Below are positions 48,501 to 58,388 of a stretch of DNA of 64,000 nt, one piece after another. The translations under genes were made by a program, and so were the position numbers. The stretch is from a virus (taxonomy: Duplodnaviria; Heunggongvirae; Uroviricota; Caudoviricetes), in the IMG/VR virus record IMGVR_UViG_3300035660_001437, one strand, 5' to 3'. Below the pieces are notes generated by a model. That model did no database searches. It was not told where the DNA came from and saw only the letters and a list, made by a program, of their open reading frames with translations. Each line of letters starts with the position of its first letter. The stretch's first letter is position 1.

Positions 48501-49012
48501 GCGAAGAGGAAGAGCAATCAAAAGTTGTTAGGCGCGGCCCATTTTACGCTCCGAGACCGCTAACCGAAAAAGAGAAAAAAGAGAAAGAGTTAAAGAGGAA
48601 AATCAACAGAAAATTGCTTGATAAAATGTTTAAAGACGGCAGCTTCGACAGAGCGACTCAAATTATAGCTATGATGATTTCATACGTCAGCTTTCCGCTG
48701 GCAAAGTTTTACCTGTGGCGTTCGCAAATGTTCAACTTCATGTTGGTAGGAGCATCTGGATGTATTTTAGGTTGGCTGCTCTTCAATATCTTTAGGCCGT
48801 TACTATTCTTCGAGTTCCTGGCCTGGGTCGTGGCGACGCTCTGCGTGTTCATGTGGAACTATACCTGGAACAAGGTCTGGTCGCTGAACGCTTTTGCGCA
48901 GTTGAATTTCATGAAGAGAGCGCAGCTGCAGGAAATGAGAGAAAGAATAGACGAGATTTTGAGGAGTAAAAAACATGAAAATCTCAATAATAATCGCTCA
49001 TCATCCGAGTAG
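48497..49012 (+). CDS. membrane protein
   Basis: 171 aa; basic N-terminus plus 3 TM helices. Confidence 0.45.
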   Translation: MSEEEEQSKVVRRGPFYAPRPLTEKEKKEKELKRKINRKLLDKMFKDGSFDRATQIIAMMISYVSFPLAKFYLWRSQMFNFMLVGASGCILGWLLFNIFRPLLFFEFLAWVVATLCVFMWNYTWNKVWSLNAFAQLNFMKRAQLQEMRERIDEILRSKKHENLNNNRSSSE

Positions 49013-49733
49013 GAACAGCTCTCTTTTAGAGGAAATAAAGAAGCTTGAGAGCGAAAAAGTAGAAGTATTAACTTCTTCTAGCGGAAACAAGTCGAAATGC
49101 AGGAATGAACTTGCAAAAATTGCGAGCGGTGAAATTCTGGTGTTCTTTGACGATGATGTGATTCTTAGGCATAATACTATAGAAGAACTGCTGCTGCCTT
49201 TTGACAAGTTTGAAAATGTTGCTATAGTCGGCGGTATAAATGTGCCTATGTACAGCGCTGGTGATTGGAGAGAAACGATTTCAAGTTCTCTGCTTTCTTC
49301 ATCGCTATCTATGGCAAGGTCTGCTGCAAGATACACGTCGAAAGGCGATATCCGCGAAACCGACGAGTCTGAAATAATACTGTGTAATATGGCAATGCGA
49401 AGAGACGTTTTTCTAAAAGCAGGCGGGCTGCCAGAAAACATTATTCCGTGTGAGGAAAACGTTCTTATTAATCGAGTCGCGAAATTGGGATATAAAATAA
49501 TTTACAACCCATTTGCAGTAGTGTATCACGAGAGGCCGAAACTTTTCATGTCTTATTTTAAAAAAATGTTCGGGTACGGTAAGGGCAGGGGAATCATGAT
49601 GCGGAGAGGAGAGGGCGCGCCGAAAATGTTGTGGAGGCCGAATTTAAAGTGGGTTGTTTATCCGATTGCTTTCGCGGGGCACTACGTTTCTTACTTGAGC
49701 GGCGTGCTTTGGGGTTTGGTGAGAGGAAAATGA
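48975..49733 (+). CDS. family-2 glycosyltransferase
   Basis: MKISIIIAHH at N-terminus (GT-A fold start) and DxD (VFFDDDV). Confidence 0.55.
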   Translation: MKISIIIAHHPSRNSSLLEEIKKLESEKVEVLTSSSGNKSKCRNELAKIASGEILVFFDDDVILRHNTIEELLLPFDKFENVAIVGGINVPMYSAGDWRETISSSLLSSSLSMARSAARYTSKGDIRETDESEIILCNMAMRRDVFLKAGGLPENIIPCEENVLINRVAKLGYKIIYNPFAVVYHERPKLFMSYFKKMFGYGKGRGIMMRRGEGAPKMLWRPNLKWVVYPIAFAGHYVSYLSGVLWGLVRGK

Positions 49734-51178
49734 AGATTTTGTGGCTTTGCCCGCCAAGTAAAGTCGAGGGCGAATACCCACTTGTTGGGCAAAATCGCTG
49801 GTTCAAATACCTTCCTTTTAAAGCGAATTTTATTTATCCGATTATCGCTGCAGAAGGCGTCACGCTTATAAAGAACGCGGGTCACGAAATAGACTTTTTG
49901 GAAGCGCCTGCAGAGCAAAAGAGCATGGTAGATGTTCTCCAGCAAATATGGAAAAAAGGTTACGACCTCGTAATCATGGAGGGCAGGACTGCTATAATTA
50001 CGTGGATTTGGCAAGTCGCGAAAACAATAAAGAGCACCAGCATCAGAACAAAAGTGGCGCTGTACGGCGACCACGTGATAGTGAGGCCTCATGAAAGCTT
50101 GCAGAATGGAATAGACTACATTATTGACTGCGGCGACTACGATTATGGCGCTTTTAAACTCGTAGAAGAGCTCTCAAAGACCGGATACGCAAATCCTATA
50201 TTCAGCGAAAATATCATGAAAAACCTCGATGATTTGCCATTCGCGGACAGAGATTTGGTGCCGTGGCACAACTACTTCGAGTCGTGGCGTCACAGAGATA
50301 AATTTGGTTGGTATCAGAGCGGGCGGGGATGCTGGGCAAAATGTACGTTCTGCTCTTGGGTTTACACTTTTTACGGCCATACCATCAGGCTTTTCTCTCC
50401 GAAAAGAATCGCAGACGAAGTGCAGTACGCAACGGAAAAATGGGGTATTGAGGAATACCTCGATGACGCAGACACGTTCATTCCAAAACCGTGGGGCGTT
50501 CAATTTGCGAAAGAGCTCGAGGGCAGAGAGATTGAAATACTATGGAACGTGCAAACTCGCGCGGATACCGCGCTTACCGCCAATGAAAGTGATTGGAAGT
50601 TAATGCGAGACAGCGGGTTGAGAGTAGTAAAGCTCGGCGTCGACGGCGGTAACGAATACACGCTCAACAAAATACAAAAGGGGTACAGAATGGAAGACGC
50701 AGAGAATGCGGTAAAGTTGCTGAAGAAAGCAGGCATAGAAGTCCACATAAACATGATTATTGGCTGGCCTTGGGAAACGAAAAAGGAAGCTTACGGCGTG
50801 ATAAAGTGGGTCAAGCGGTTGAAACCGAATCAGGCGCAGTTTTCTCTTATAGAACCGTTCATCGGTACGCCGATTTTCCAAGAAGCAATAGATAATAAAT
50901 GGTTCGTGAACGCACCGCAAGATTGGGACAAATACGACATGAAGACGCCTATTTTGCAAGGAGAAATGAGCGCCAAGGAAATAGCAAAATTGCACAGGGA
51001 CGCGTGGAAGATGTTTTACTTGAACCCGAGGTTCATAATATATCAGCTTGAAAAATCAACTAAATTAGCTTTCGAAGAAAGAAATCTTGACAGCTTCAGA
51101 CATATTTGGAGAGGGTACAAAGGAGTTACAGAGGGGCACATGAAGGCGGTTAGCACAGGGGATACGTCTAATGAATAA
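49730..51178 (+). CDS. B12-binding radical SAM enzyme
   Basis: Likely starts at MKILWLCPP (ATGA overlap with upstream stop; the track ORF begins at 49631 with an in-frame extension). N-terminal B12-binding-like Rossmann region, then radical-SAM CxxxCxxC (GCWAKCTFCSW). Confidence 0.7.
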   Translation: MKILWLCPPSKVEGEYPLVGQNRWFKYLPFKANFIYPIIAAEGVTLIKNAGHEIDFLEAPAEQKSMVDVLQQIWKKGYDLVIMEGRTAIITWIWQVAKTIKSTSIRTKVALYGDHVIVRPHESLQNGIDYIIDCGDYDYGAFKLVEELSKTGYANPIFSENIMKNLDDLPFADRDLVPWHNYFESWRHRDKFGWYQSGRGCWAKCTFCSWVYTFYGHTIRLFSPKRIADEVQYATEKWGIEEYLDDADTFIPKPWGVQFAKELEGREIEILWNVQTRADTALTANESDWKLMRDSGLRVVKLGVDGGNEYTLNKIQKGYRMEDAENAVKLLKKAGIEVHINMIIGWPWETKKEAYGVIKWVKRLKPNQAQFSLIEPFIGTPIFQEAIDNKWFVNAPQDWDKYDMKTPILQGEMSAKEIAKLHRDAWKMFYLNPRFIIYQLEKSTKLAFEERNLDSFRHIWRGYKGVTEGHMKAVSTGDTSNE

Positions 51179-51827
51179 ACTGTCAAATCTTAAAATACCA
51201 AAAAATGTCGCAATTCTTGCGGTAGTGATTGGATTCGTATTTGTGTCCGTTTATTTCGTCTTGCTTTTCATACCGACAGAAGCAATAATATCTGTTGCCA
51301 GCATAACTAGTATCGGCGGCTCTCACCCGCTTGGAATTTGCGCTTTTATAGGCATGAACGTTTACGCGGCATATAGGTTCGCCAGGCTGGCGAAACTAAA
51401 TCCGAATTCCTCTATTGGTGAGAAGATATTGGCGAAAGTTATTGCAGTAGGAGCGGGAATGTCAGTGGCCCACTCTTTTTTTTACATGTGCGACATGTGT
51501 TCAATACCGACTTTCATAGTTAGAGAAGGAATTGAAGTCCTGCCAAGAATAAGCTATTTGGGCTGGATATGGAATCATGATTTGGGATTTATGAGGTCGA
51601 TGGGATTCCAACTAGTCGTGCTGTACGCTTACAGGAAGTTCATAAATTGGAAGTCGCTCATTGCGATAATCCCTCTAATGTTAACCCTCGCCTTTTACAC
51701 GTACTTCCTCTTTAGCTTCACCGGAATGCACCCACTCGTAGGTGAAACTAGAGCTCTGTTTTTCCTTTTCAGCTACATCCCAACCTGGATTATCTTCTAT
51801 TGGGCATTTGCCAGGTTCTTGAGGTGA
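51171..51827 (+). CDS. polytopic membrane protein
   Basis: 218 aa, about 6 TM helices. Confidence 0.45.
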   Translation: MNKLSNLKIPKNVAILAVVIGFVFVSVYFVLLFIPTEAIISVASITSIGGSHPLGICAFIGMNVYAAYRFARLAKLNPNSSIGEKILAKVIAVGAGMSVAHSFFYMCDMCSIPTFIVREGIEVLPRISYLGWIWNHDLGFMRSMGFQLVVLYAYRKFINWKSLIAIIPLMLTLAFYTYFLFSFTGMHPLVGETRALFFLFSYIPTWIIFYWAFARFLR

Positions 51828-51834
51828 TGAGACG

Positions 51835-52929
51835 TTGAACATTATAGAGCGGATTTTTTGGACAATTCCAAACGTAAACCTATTTGCCGGGAGTCTTAAC
51901 ATTGTTGGTGCCGTTTGGTTCTTTTGCTTGTTTGCTTATGCCTACAGGAGATTCAGACTCGGCTTTCCGCAAACTACTGCAATTTCTCTTGCTTTCATCA
52001 TATCTTTGTTTACGCACTACCTCTTAGATGAATCTTCCGTCATTATTGTTTGGATAATGTACCATTTTGAGTATAATCTTTTCTTGAGCAAAATTCCAAT
52101 ATATATCAGCATGATTATAGCGTTTTATATCATTGCGAGATTTGCGAGGCCGCATCTCAAGGTGGATAGAAAAACAGTTGCTATGTTCGTGACGGTGTGC
52201 CTGTTCGATATGTTTGTATTTTACGTGCTTGTCTCAAATTATGGAACAGCGGGATACAGGAGTTATGACTCTCCAGACAGAGAAATAGCTTTTTGGACTT
52301 TCTATCCTCTTGCAAAAGTTATGTGGTTCGGCTTCTTTTTTACTATGTGGAAAAAGAGAGAATTGTTTGGTCTTGATTTCTTGCAAAAGTACGGAATTGG
52401 TGAGGCGTACATGCTTTGCGCTCTAAAACGATTGTTGAGAAAAATCAAAAAAGAGTTTAACATACATCAGATTTCAGAGATTCTAACAAATGAGTCGTCT
52501 GTAGACTTTCCCGATAGGGACTGGGAAATTGGCGAAAATTCAGAACTTTTATTTGTTTTCAGACCGACTGGCGATGCGATGAACAAGGTGAAAAACAGCG
52601 GCGCAAAATATGTGCTGCTTGCAGCGACAAACAAAAATCATTTCTTGCGCATGGTCAAAAGGCTGCATAGTTTGCTGGGTACAAAAGGAGAAGTTTATGC
52701 GACAAAAAAAGAGCTGAAAGAACTGGCAAAAAAGCACGGGTTTGAACCAATAAAAGACGGGTATTACGACTCGCCGCCTTGGGTCGACCACTCTACACGC
52801 GTTATCGTACCTGCAAAGAAACTTAGGATTGACTTGAATGACGTAAAGTCTTTATTATTTTTTGAGCTCTTTAACTCCAGGTTTACGTCTCACCATCCAT
52901 ACGTTCTGGCCAGGAGGAATGCGAGATGA
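51835..52929 (+). CDS. membrane protein with C-terminal soluble domain
   Basis: 364 aa; N-terminal about 200 aa polytopic, C-terminal soluble. Confidence 0.5.
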   Translation: MNIIERIFWTIPNVNLFAGSLNIVGAVWFFCLFAYAYRRFRLGFPQTTAISLAFIISLFTHYLLDESSVIIVWIMYHFEYNLFLSKIPIYISMIIAFYIIARFARPHLKVDRKTVAMFVTVCLFDMFVFYVLVSNYGTAGYRSYDSPDREIAFWTFYPLAKVMWFGFFFTMWKKRELFGLDFLQKYGIGEAYMLCALKRLLRKIKKEFNIHQISEILTNESSVDFPDRDWEIGENSELLFVFRPTGDAMNKVKNSGAKYVLLAATNKNHFLRMVKRLHSLLGTKGEVYATKKELKELAKKHGFEPIKDGYYDSPPWVDHSTRVIVPAKKLRIDLNDVKSLLFFELFNSRFTSHHPYVLARRNAR

Positions 52930-53675
52930 CTGACTTGCCGAAGATAATGCTGTCGAAAGCTCTGTCCAATCTGATGCTTTTAGGAGGAAAAATAAAGTGG
53001 GCATGCGAGAGAAATTGCGCAACGCTACCTGATAGCAAAATAATTTATTTTTATCCAGGAGATAGAGTAAACGTTTACGGCTATTTGACAACTATATGGA
53101 AATATAACGTCTACGGAGAAATAGAAAAAAATGGGCTGGTAGTTGACGCTGGGGCAAGCATAGGTGTTTACAGCTTGAAAGTTGCAGACATCGCATCCAG
53201 AGTTATCGCTGTAGAGCCGGTGCCGAGAATATTCACGATGCTCGAGAAAAATATAGCGGCAAACATGGTGACAAACGTTATTCCGGTAAACCTGGCTTTA
53301 AGCAATTATGATGGCTCTATAGAGCTGCATTTAACGTCGCAGCTTTTCGGAGAGGGACATGAAATTTCTCCGCTGCACGTTCCGAAAAGTAAAATAGTAG
53401 TTCCGTGCGCTAAATTGGACACGCTCATGAAAAATCTCAAGGTAGACGAAATCACAAATCTCAAAATCGACATAGAGGGGCACGAGCTTTATCTACTTGA
53501 CGGTTCGAAAAGTCTATTATCGCGAGGTTCAATAAAGAATATGTCTATTGCTGTTTATCATTTCAAGGACGAAGAAATGCAGGTTCGAAAGTTTTTGGAG
53601 ATTTACGGCTACAGCACCACTTCCAAGTTCTTCTTTGACGGCGACATAATACTCTATGCGAGGCTAAGAAGATGA
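52926..53675 (+). CDS. FkbM-family SAM-dependent methyltransferase
   Basis: VVDAGASIGVYSLKVA SAM-binding motif typical of FkbM family; 249 aa. Confidence 0.55.
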   Translation: MTDLPKIMLSKALSNLMLLGGKIKWACERNCATLPDSKIIYFYPGDRVNVYGYLTTIWKYNVYGEIEKNGLVVDAGASIGVYSLKVADIASRVIAVEPVPRIFTMLEKNIAANMVTNVIPVNLALSNYDGSIELHLTSQLFGEGHEISPLHVPKSKIVVPCAKLDTLMKNLKVDEITNLKIDIEGHELYLLDGSKSLLSRGSIKNMSIAVYHFKDEEMQVRKFLEIYGYSTTSKFFFDGDIILYARLRR

Positions 53676-54331
53676 GCGTCGGAATAGTTATACCCACTTT
53701 AAACGAAGAAAAGAATTTAGAGAAACTTCTTCCTGCGCTTAGAGAGTATTTTAACGGCGCGAAAATAATCATCGTGGACGACCAGAGTAAAGATGCAACG
53801 GTTGACGTTGCGAGGAGTTACGATTGCATCGTTCTCAAAGCGTACCAAAGAAGAGGTCTTGGCAACAGCTATAAAGAAGGATTATTGACAGCATTGACTT
53901 TGGATTGCGAAATAATAGTGCAATTAGACGCAGACCATCCCGCGCGTCCGGCTTTTGAAATGGTTAACACACTTTTGGCAAAAGAAGACGACATGATAAT
54001 TGGAATTGAAACCGGTAGCAGGACGTTGCACAGCAAAGTGGCGAGTTGGATTGCAAGAAATTATCTCGGCCTTGATTTCAAACAACCGACTTGTGGGTAC
54101 ATGGTGTTCAGCGCAGGTTTCTTAAGCAGACTCGACGTTTCAACTCTTAAATCAAGAGGAGATGCGTTCCATTTGGAGCTTCTCTACAAAGCAAGCAAAA
54201 TGTCGTCGAAAATAGAAGAAGTCAGATTCCAAGGCGTCGCGCATGAAAAAGCTTCTTACAATAGAGTTTTGCGCTGGCTTTGGGAGCTGTTTTTAATGCG
54301 CTGGAGGCAGAGAAAAGCTTATAAACCTTAA
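53672..54331 (+). CDS. family-2 glycosyltransferase (dolichyl-phosphate sugar synthase-like)
   Basis: MSVGIVIPTLNEEKNL...KIIIVDDQSKD pattern of Dpm1/GtrB-like GT2. Confidence 0.6.
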   Translation: MSVGIVIPTLNEEKNLEKLLPALREYFNGAKIIIVDDQSKDATVDVARSYDCIVLKAYQRRGLGNSYKEGLLTALTLDCEIIVQLDADHPARPAFEMVNTLLAKEDDMIIGIETGSRTLHSKVASWIARNYLGLDFKQPTCGYMVFSAGFLSRLDVSTLKSRGDAFHLELLYKASKMSSKIEEVRFQGVAHEKASYNRVLRWLWELFLMRWRQRKAYKP

Positions 54332-54588
54332 AATATCATATATAGGCTGAGGTATGAAAAGTGAGTGAAGCGGTGTACGGATTTGTGGCGCTCGTCGTTC
54401 TAATACTCGGAGTTTGGAAGGCTATTGAGCTCCTAATAAAGATAGTTCGATACACTATTCGAGTAGTCAGAAGAGAGAAAATCTCTGAAGAAGACGAGGC
54501 GCTGAGAAAGAAAATAGAGGAAAAGCTCAAATTTTTAAAGAAGAAAAAGCGTTCTTAGCTTCGCAAAGAGAGCGAGAAACATTTATAT

Positions 54589-54858
54589 ATGCGTGCGCAT
54601 ACGTTAAACCGAGGACTTATTATGGTATGGCGCTGCAATAAATGCGGGTTAGAGCTAAAGCCTGAAGATAAGATGCCAACAAAGATGCTTGAGAGGTTGC
54701 TGAAAGACTCGCGCTGCCCTAAAGACATCAAGCGTGCTTTCAAATACGGCATGGTTTGTCCGGAGTGCGGGAGAAAGCTGAGGATTATTGGCATTTACCT
54801 GTGCCCGAACTGTGAGGCAATATGTTTAGAAGGAGCGGAGCATATTGAAGCCTTTTGA
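54589..54858 (+). CDS. zinc-ribbon protein
   Basis: CNKCG...CPECG...CPNCE. Confidence 0.4.
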   Translation: MRAHTLNRGLIMVWRCNKCGLELKPEDKMPTKMLERLLKDSRCPKDIKRAFKYGMVCPECGRKLRIIGIYLCPNCEAICLEGAEHIEAF

Positions 54859-55663
54859 AGAGCTTTCAATAAGCGGAAAATGGGCCATAGAACATCCTGG
54901 GTATTCGAGAGAATACCGCAGAACGCAGAAGTTTAGAGAACGGCAAAGAAAATATCACAAGTGGTATTTTAGACATCTCGAATCCGCAAGGAAGCGCGGC
55001 GAAAAGTGGCGAAGGGAGCATCCCGAGTACAATAAAGAATATTTCGCAAGGTCGGAAGTTAAAGATAAGATGAGAGAATATGTGAGAAAATGGCAGAAGG
55101 ATTTGAAAGAAGAAGTCTTTTCTCATTACTCAAGCGGCGCGCCGGAATGTGCCTGCTGCGGAGAAATGAGAATTGAATTCCTGACCATTGACCACATTGG
55201 AGGCGGAGGGAATAGGCATAGAAAAGAAATAGGTGGCAGCTCGACGATTTATTTATGGCTCAAGCGAAACAATTATCCGCCAGGATTTAGAGTTCTCTGT
55301 TTTAACTGCAACTTCCTAGTATTCAAACAGAAAGTGAGATGCGCAAAATATCCTCGCCATCAAGGGCGGAGGATTAATCTTAGGCTGGAGGTCTTGTATC
55401 ATTACTCTAACGGTGCATCTGTCTGTAAGTGCTGCGGCGAGGGCAATATTGACGTCTTGACTATTCACCATGTTGGAGGAGGCGGGCTAAAACATCTTGA
55501 AGAAATAGGCGGAGATATTTGCGGCTGGCTCAAACGCAACAATTACCCGCCGGGCTTCCAGGTGCTGTGCTGGAACTGCAATGAGGCAAAAGCCCATTAC
55601 GGCTTCTGCCCGCACGAAATTGAGAGAGCAAGGGAAGAGTTTAAGAAAATTTGTATCGTCTAG
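54845..55663 (+). CDS. tandem HNH-motif endonuclease-like protein
   Basis: Two copies of CxCCGE-x5-(F/V)LTI(D/H)H(I/V)GGGG...YPPGF(R/Q)VLC(F/W)NCN. Confidence 0.55.
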   Translation: MKPFEELSISGKWAIEHPGYSREYRRTQKFRERQRKYHKWYFRHLESARKRGEKWRREHPEYNKEYFARSEVKDKMREYVRKWQKDLKEEVFSHYSSGAPECACCGEMRIEFLTIDHIGGGGNRHRKEIGGSSTIYLWLKRNNYPPGFRVLCFNCNFLVFKQKVRCAKYPRHQGRRINLRLEVLYHYSNGASVCKCCGEGNIDVLTIHHVGGGGLKHLEEIGGDICGWLKRNNYPPGFQVLCWNCNEAKAHYGFCPHEIERAREEFKKICIV

Positions 55664-55949
55664 CTTCTGAAGCAGAGTTTTCAACGAGCGAATTGGCAGC
55701 ACACACCCAAGTGAGCTTCGTAAGAAATAGCGCTCTTAGCAACTAGTTTTTAATATCGTTTTCCGCAAAGTATCGTAGAAATATTTAAATAGTAGCTTCA
55801 TCACTTAGGTGCTGAATATGTGATAAGAAAGTGATTCACATGGCAAAAAGAGCGAAATTGTTGCTTGACAAGCACCATAAAAAACACAGAGCCAGAGTGC
55901 GCAAATGGCGTTCTAAGCATCCCGGCAAAACCTACAAGAAAATCGGCCC

Positions 55950-56153
55950 ATGTTGGAAGTGGGTAGCTCCAAAGAGGCGATAAAGTTGCCAAAGACCAAG
56001 CACGTCAAACTAGGAGACGGGCTCGACAAACTTTTCAAGGAGAGAGCGACGTACAGCTCGTCGGCACACAAAGCAAAAGGCTCAACCTGGCTAAAAGAAC
56101 CCCCGAAATACGGCACACAAAAAGCCGGCGGTAAAAGACGGAAGAGGAGGTGA
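55950..56153 (+). CDS. small basic protein
   Basis: 67 aa ending GGKRRKRR. Confidence 0.35.
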   Translation: MLEVGSSKEAIKLPKTKHVKLGDGLDKLFKERATYSSSAHKAKGSTWLKEPPKYGTQKAGGKRRKRR

Positions 56154-56157
56154 TTGC

Positions 56158-56367
56158 GTGGTGTACAGTTGGAGAGGTAAAAAGCCACTTCCGATGGGCG
56201 GGTTCGTCACGGAGGAAATCAGCGGCGGCAAAGTTGGCAAAAAATCTTCTAAGAAACGTGCAAAGAAAGTGTGGACAGGCCCAATCAAATCGCCTGCCAA
56301 ATCGTCTTTCCACAAATCCATCGAAAAGGGCAAGAGAGCGAAGAAGAACTGGACTGGAGGGTTCTAG
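56158..56367 (+). CDS. small basic protein with repeated KRAKK(V/N)WTG motif
   Basis: 69 aa; KRAKKVWTGP and KRAKKNWTGGF. Confidence 0.4.
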   Translation: MVYSWRGKKPLPMGGFVTEEISGGKVGKKSSKKRAKKVWTGPIKSPAKSSFHKSIEKGKRAKKNWTGGF

Positions 56368-56736
56368 ATGGCAGTGGGCTTTAGAAAAAGAGTGAGAGGC
56401 ACTGCCAGGCAGATAGGAAAAGCTTTTCCTGTTTTTACAAAGAGGAAACTGCCCACGAAATTCGGAGGCAAAAGAAGATTGAAGCCGAAAGACACGATTG
56501 TTCTGCAATTTGAATACCCGGACGAGGCTGAAGCTTTCAGAGATGCTTACTATGCAGTAGGCGCGGTGTCTGACTTCCCAGCGCCCGAAGATGAAAAGGT
56601 GGTTAAAAACACAGTCATTCTCAGGTTCGACAAAGAAATCATAGAAGACAATCCAGACCTTGCAGACGACACGCTTGAATACCTCAAAAGAGCAAGTTTC
56701 TTTACGGTCAAGCCGAAAAAAGTGTGGACGGCCTAG
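56368..56736 (+). CDS. basic-leader paralog family member A
   Basis: N-terminus MAVGFRKRVRGTARQIGKAFPVFTKRKLP; SD GGAGGG upstream; C-terminus ends KPKKVWTA. Confidence 0.55.
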   Translation: MAVGFRKRVRGTARQIGKAFPVFTKRKLPTKFGGKRRLKPKDTIVLQFEYPDEAEAFRDAYYAVGAVSDFPAPEDEKVVKNTVILRFDKEIIEDNPDLADDTLEYLKRASFFTVKPKKVWTA

Positions 56737-57057
56737 GTGGTTGACATGGCAATCAAAGCAAAAAACAAGAGCTGCATAGCCGGCGCGCTGAGAGGCAAAG
56801 TCGGCTGGCCACTTGTCAGCAAGCGAAGGAGAGGCGGAAAAAAGCCGAAATATTGGATTCAAGAAGCAATCGGTGTCAAGGGCTCGCTGAGAGAAGAAGT
56901 CATGCGGAGGAAGGGAAGAGCCGGTTTTGACTCGCGCGGCAGGATAAAAGCGAGTGTCATAGAAGAAATCATACGCAAAGACGGCTTCAAAAAGCAGGCA
57001 GTCCTGGCAAGAACGCTCCGCGGGCTGAAAAAGCGAGGTAAAAGGAGGGAGAAGTAA
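56737..57057 (+). CDS. small basic protein
   Basis: 106 aa, K/R-rich. Confidence 0.4.
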   Translation: MVDMAIKAKNKSCIAGALRGKVGWPLVSKRRRGGKKPKYWIQEAIGVKGSLREEVMRRKGRAGFDSRGRIKASVIEEIIRKDGFKKQAVLARTLRGLKKRGKRREK

Positions 57058-57059
57058 AA

Positions 57060-57302
57060 ATGCCGAATCCCGTAAGAGCAATGTTTTGGGGACTGCGGAA
57101 ACAGGGGTACTCAGCTGCAGAAGCAGAAAAGCGAACTAGAGAATATTTTTCGGCGAAAAAAGCACGCAAAAGTGATAAGAAAATGCCGCAAAGGAGAATG
57201 GGAAAACCGAGGACAGATGCAGAAAGGAGAGCTAGGCACATGGCTATATATGGTACTGAAAAGTTACCGCCTAGAGGAACAGGGCTGCGAAGGAGAGGCT
57301 GA
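57060..57302 (+). CDS. small basic protein (MPN...)
   Basis: 80 aa; SD AGGAGGG upstream. Confidence 0.4.
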   Translation: MPNPVRAMFWGLRKQGYSAAEAEKRTREYFSAKKARKSDKKMPQRRMGKPRTDAERRARHMAIYGTEKLPPRGTGLRRRG

Positions 57303-57593
57303 AAGTGCCGAAAACAAACATAAAAGCAAAACATATCTTCATAAGAAACAAAAAGACAGGCACGTCAAAATGGGTGACGAAAGCGCAGTGGAACAAAATC
57401 AAAAAGACTCCCCCGAAAAAGAGGCCATGGAGAAGAGTTCGAGCGTTTTGAGGCGAAAGTAAATGCCAAAAAGAAATAAAAGCAGAAAATACGTGCACGT
57501 CGTAACTAAAGAAACTCCAGTTCCAACGCATCTTTTCCTGACCAAAAAAGAATACAATAAGCTCTCCAGAAAAGCACCAAAAAGATTCCAAAA

Positions 57594-57842
57594 GTGGAGA
57601 TACTAATGACAATCGAGTTTTACAAGAGAAAAAAGCAAGCGAAGAACTGGGCTAAGCAAGTGAAAAGATTTGCAAGAAGAGACATAAAAGTCGCCAGAGT
57701 CAGAGTTGCAAATGTAGGTTTTTTGAATAACGCCGGCGGAAGAAAGATAGGCGGAAGTGGCAAGTTCAAACCAGGAGAAGTGGGCTACGTTCTAGCTTTC
57801 AGAGGCATGAGCGAGGCAGGATTGAGGAGGGCGCGAAAGTAA
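57594..57842 (+). CDS. small basic protein
   Basis: 82 aa. Confidence 0.4.
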   Translation: MEILMTIEFYKRKKQAKNWAKQVKRFARRDIKVARVRVANVGFLNNAGGRKIGGSGKFKPGEVGYVLAFRGMSEAGLRRARK

Positions 57843-58002
57843 AATGCCATGGACAACTAGGAAAATGAAGCTCAACAAGAGGGGCGACAAGCTGGGCACA
57901 TTAGAAGGGATATATTCTCTGAGAACCGTGAAATGGAACCCGAAATCTGGAATACTCAAGCTTCGGTATTTCAGGCCAAAGAAAAAGCGAGGGAGAAAAT
58001 AG

Positions 58003-58203
58003 ATGCCGTACAAAATCAGGTTCTATCCAAAAGGCGTGAAGAAACGAAGCCTCCTTAGAAAGATGGCCAAGCCAGGCGCGATAAGCGTATCCAGTGAAGC
58101 GACTTGGCCATCAAAGCAAAAAGCTAAAAATTCAAAACTGTACAAAACTGCATTCTGGTCTGGTTACAGCCCGAGAGTTGAAAAAGTGAGGCGAAAGAAA
58201 TGA
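58003..58203 (+). CDS. small basic protein (MPYK...)
   Basis: 66 aa. Confidence 0.4.
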   Translation: MPYKIRFYPKGVKKRSLLRKMAKPGAISVSSEATWPSKQKAKNSKLYKTAFWSGYSPRVEKVRRKK

Positions 58204-58388
58204 CATACAGACTGAGAGTTGCAACGAGAATATCCAAAAAGACCGGCAGACCCGCCGGCCCCAGAATGACCAGCGTCAAATATCGAAAACTAAAATCAGC
58301 CAGGATAGACGCAAGAGCTATCGCAAATCCATACGATATCGTAAAAGTTGACAAAAAAGGAAAAGTCGTAAAGAGGTATTACAGATGA
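58200..58388 (+). CDS. small basic protein
   Basis: 62 aa; ATGA overlaps both sides. Confidence 0.4.
   Translation: MTYRLRVATRISKKTGRPAGPRMTSVKYRKLKSARIDARAIANPYDIVKVDKKGKVVKRYYR

Noticed and set aside
56035-57081. 348-aa minus-strand ORF (and similar 62438..63496, 352 aa) antisense to the basic-protein array
   Set aside because: Ser/Leu/Phe/Cys-rich low-complexity translations, the typical antisense shadow of K/R/E-rich genes. The plus-strand genes have SD sites, ATGA coupling and a paralog family.
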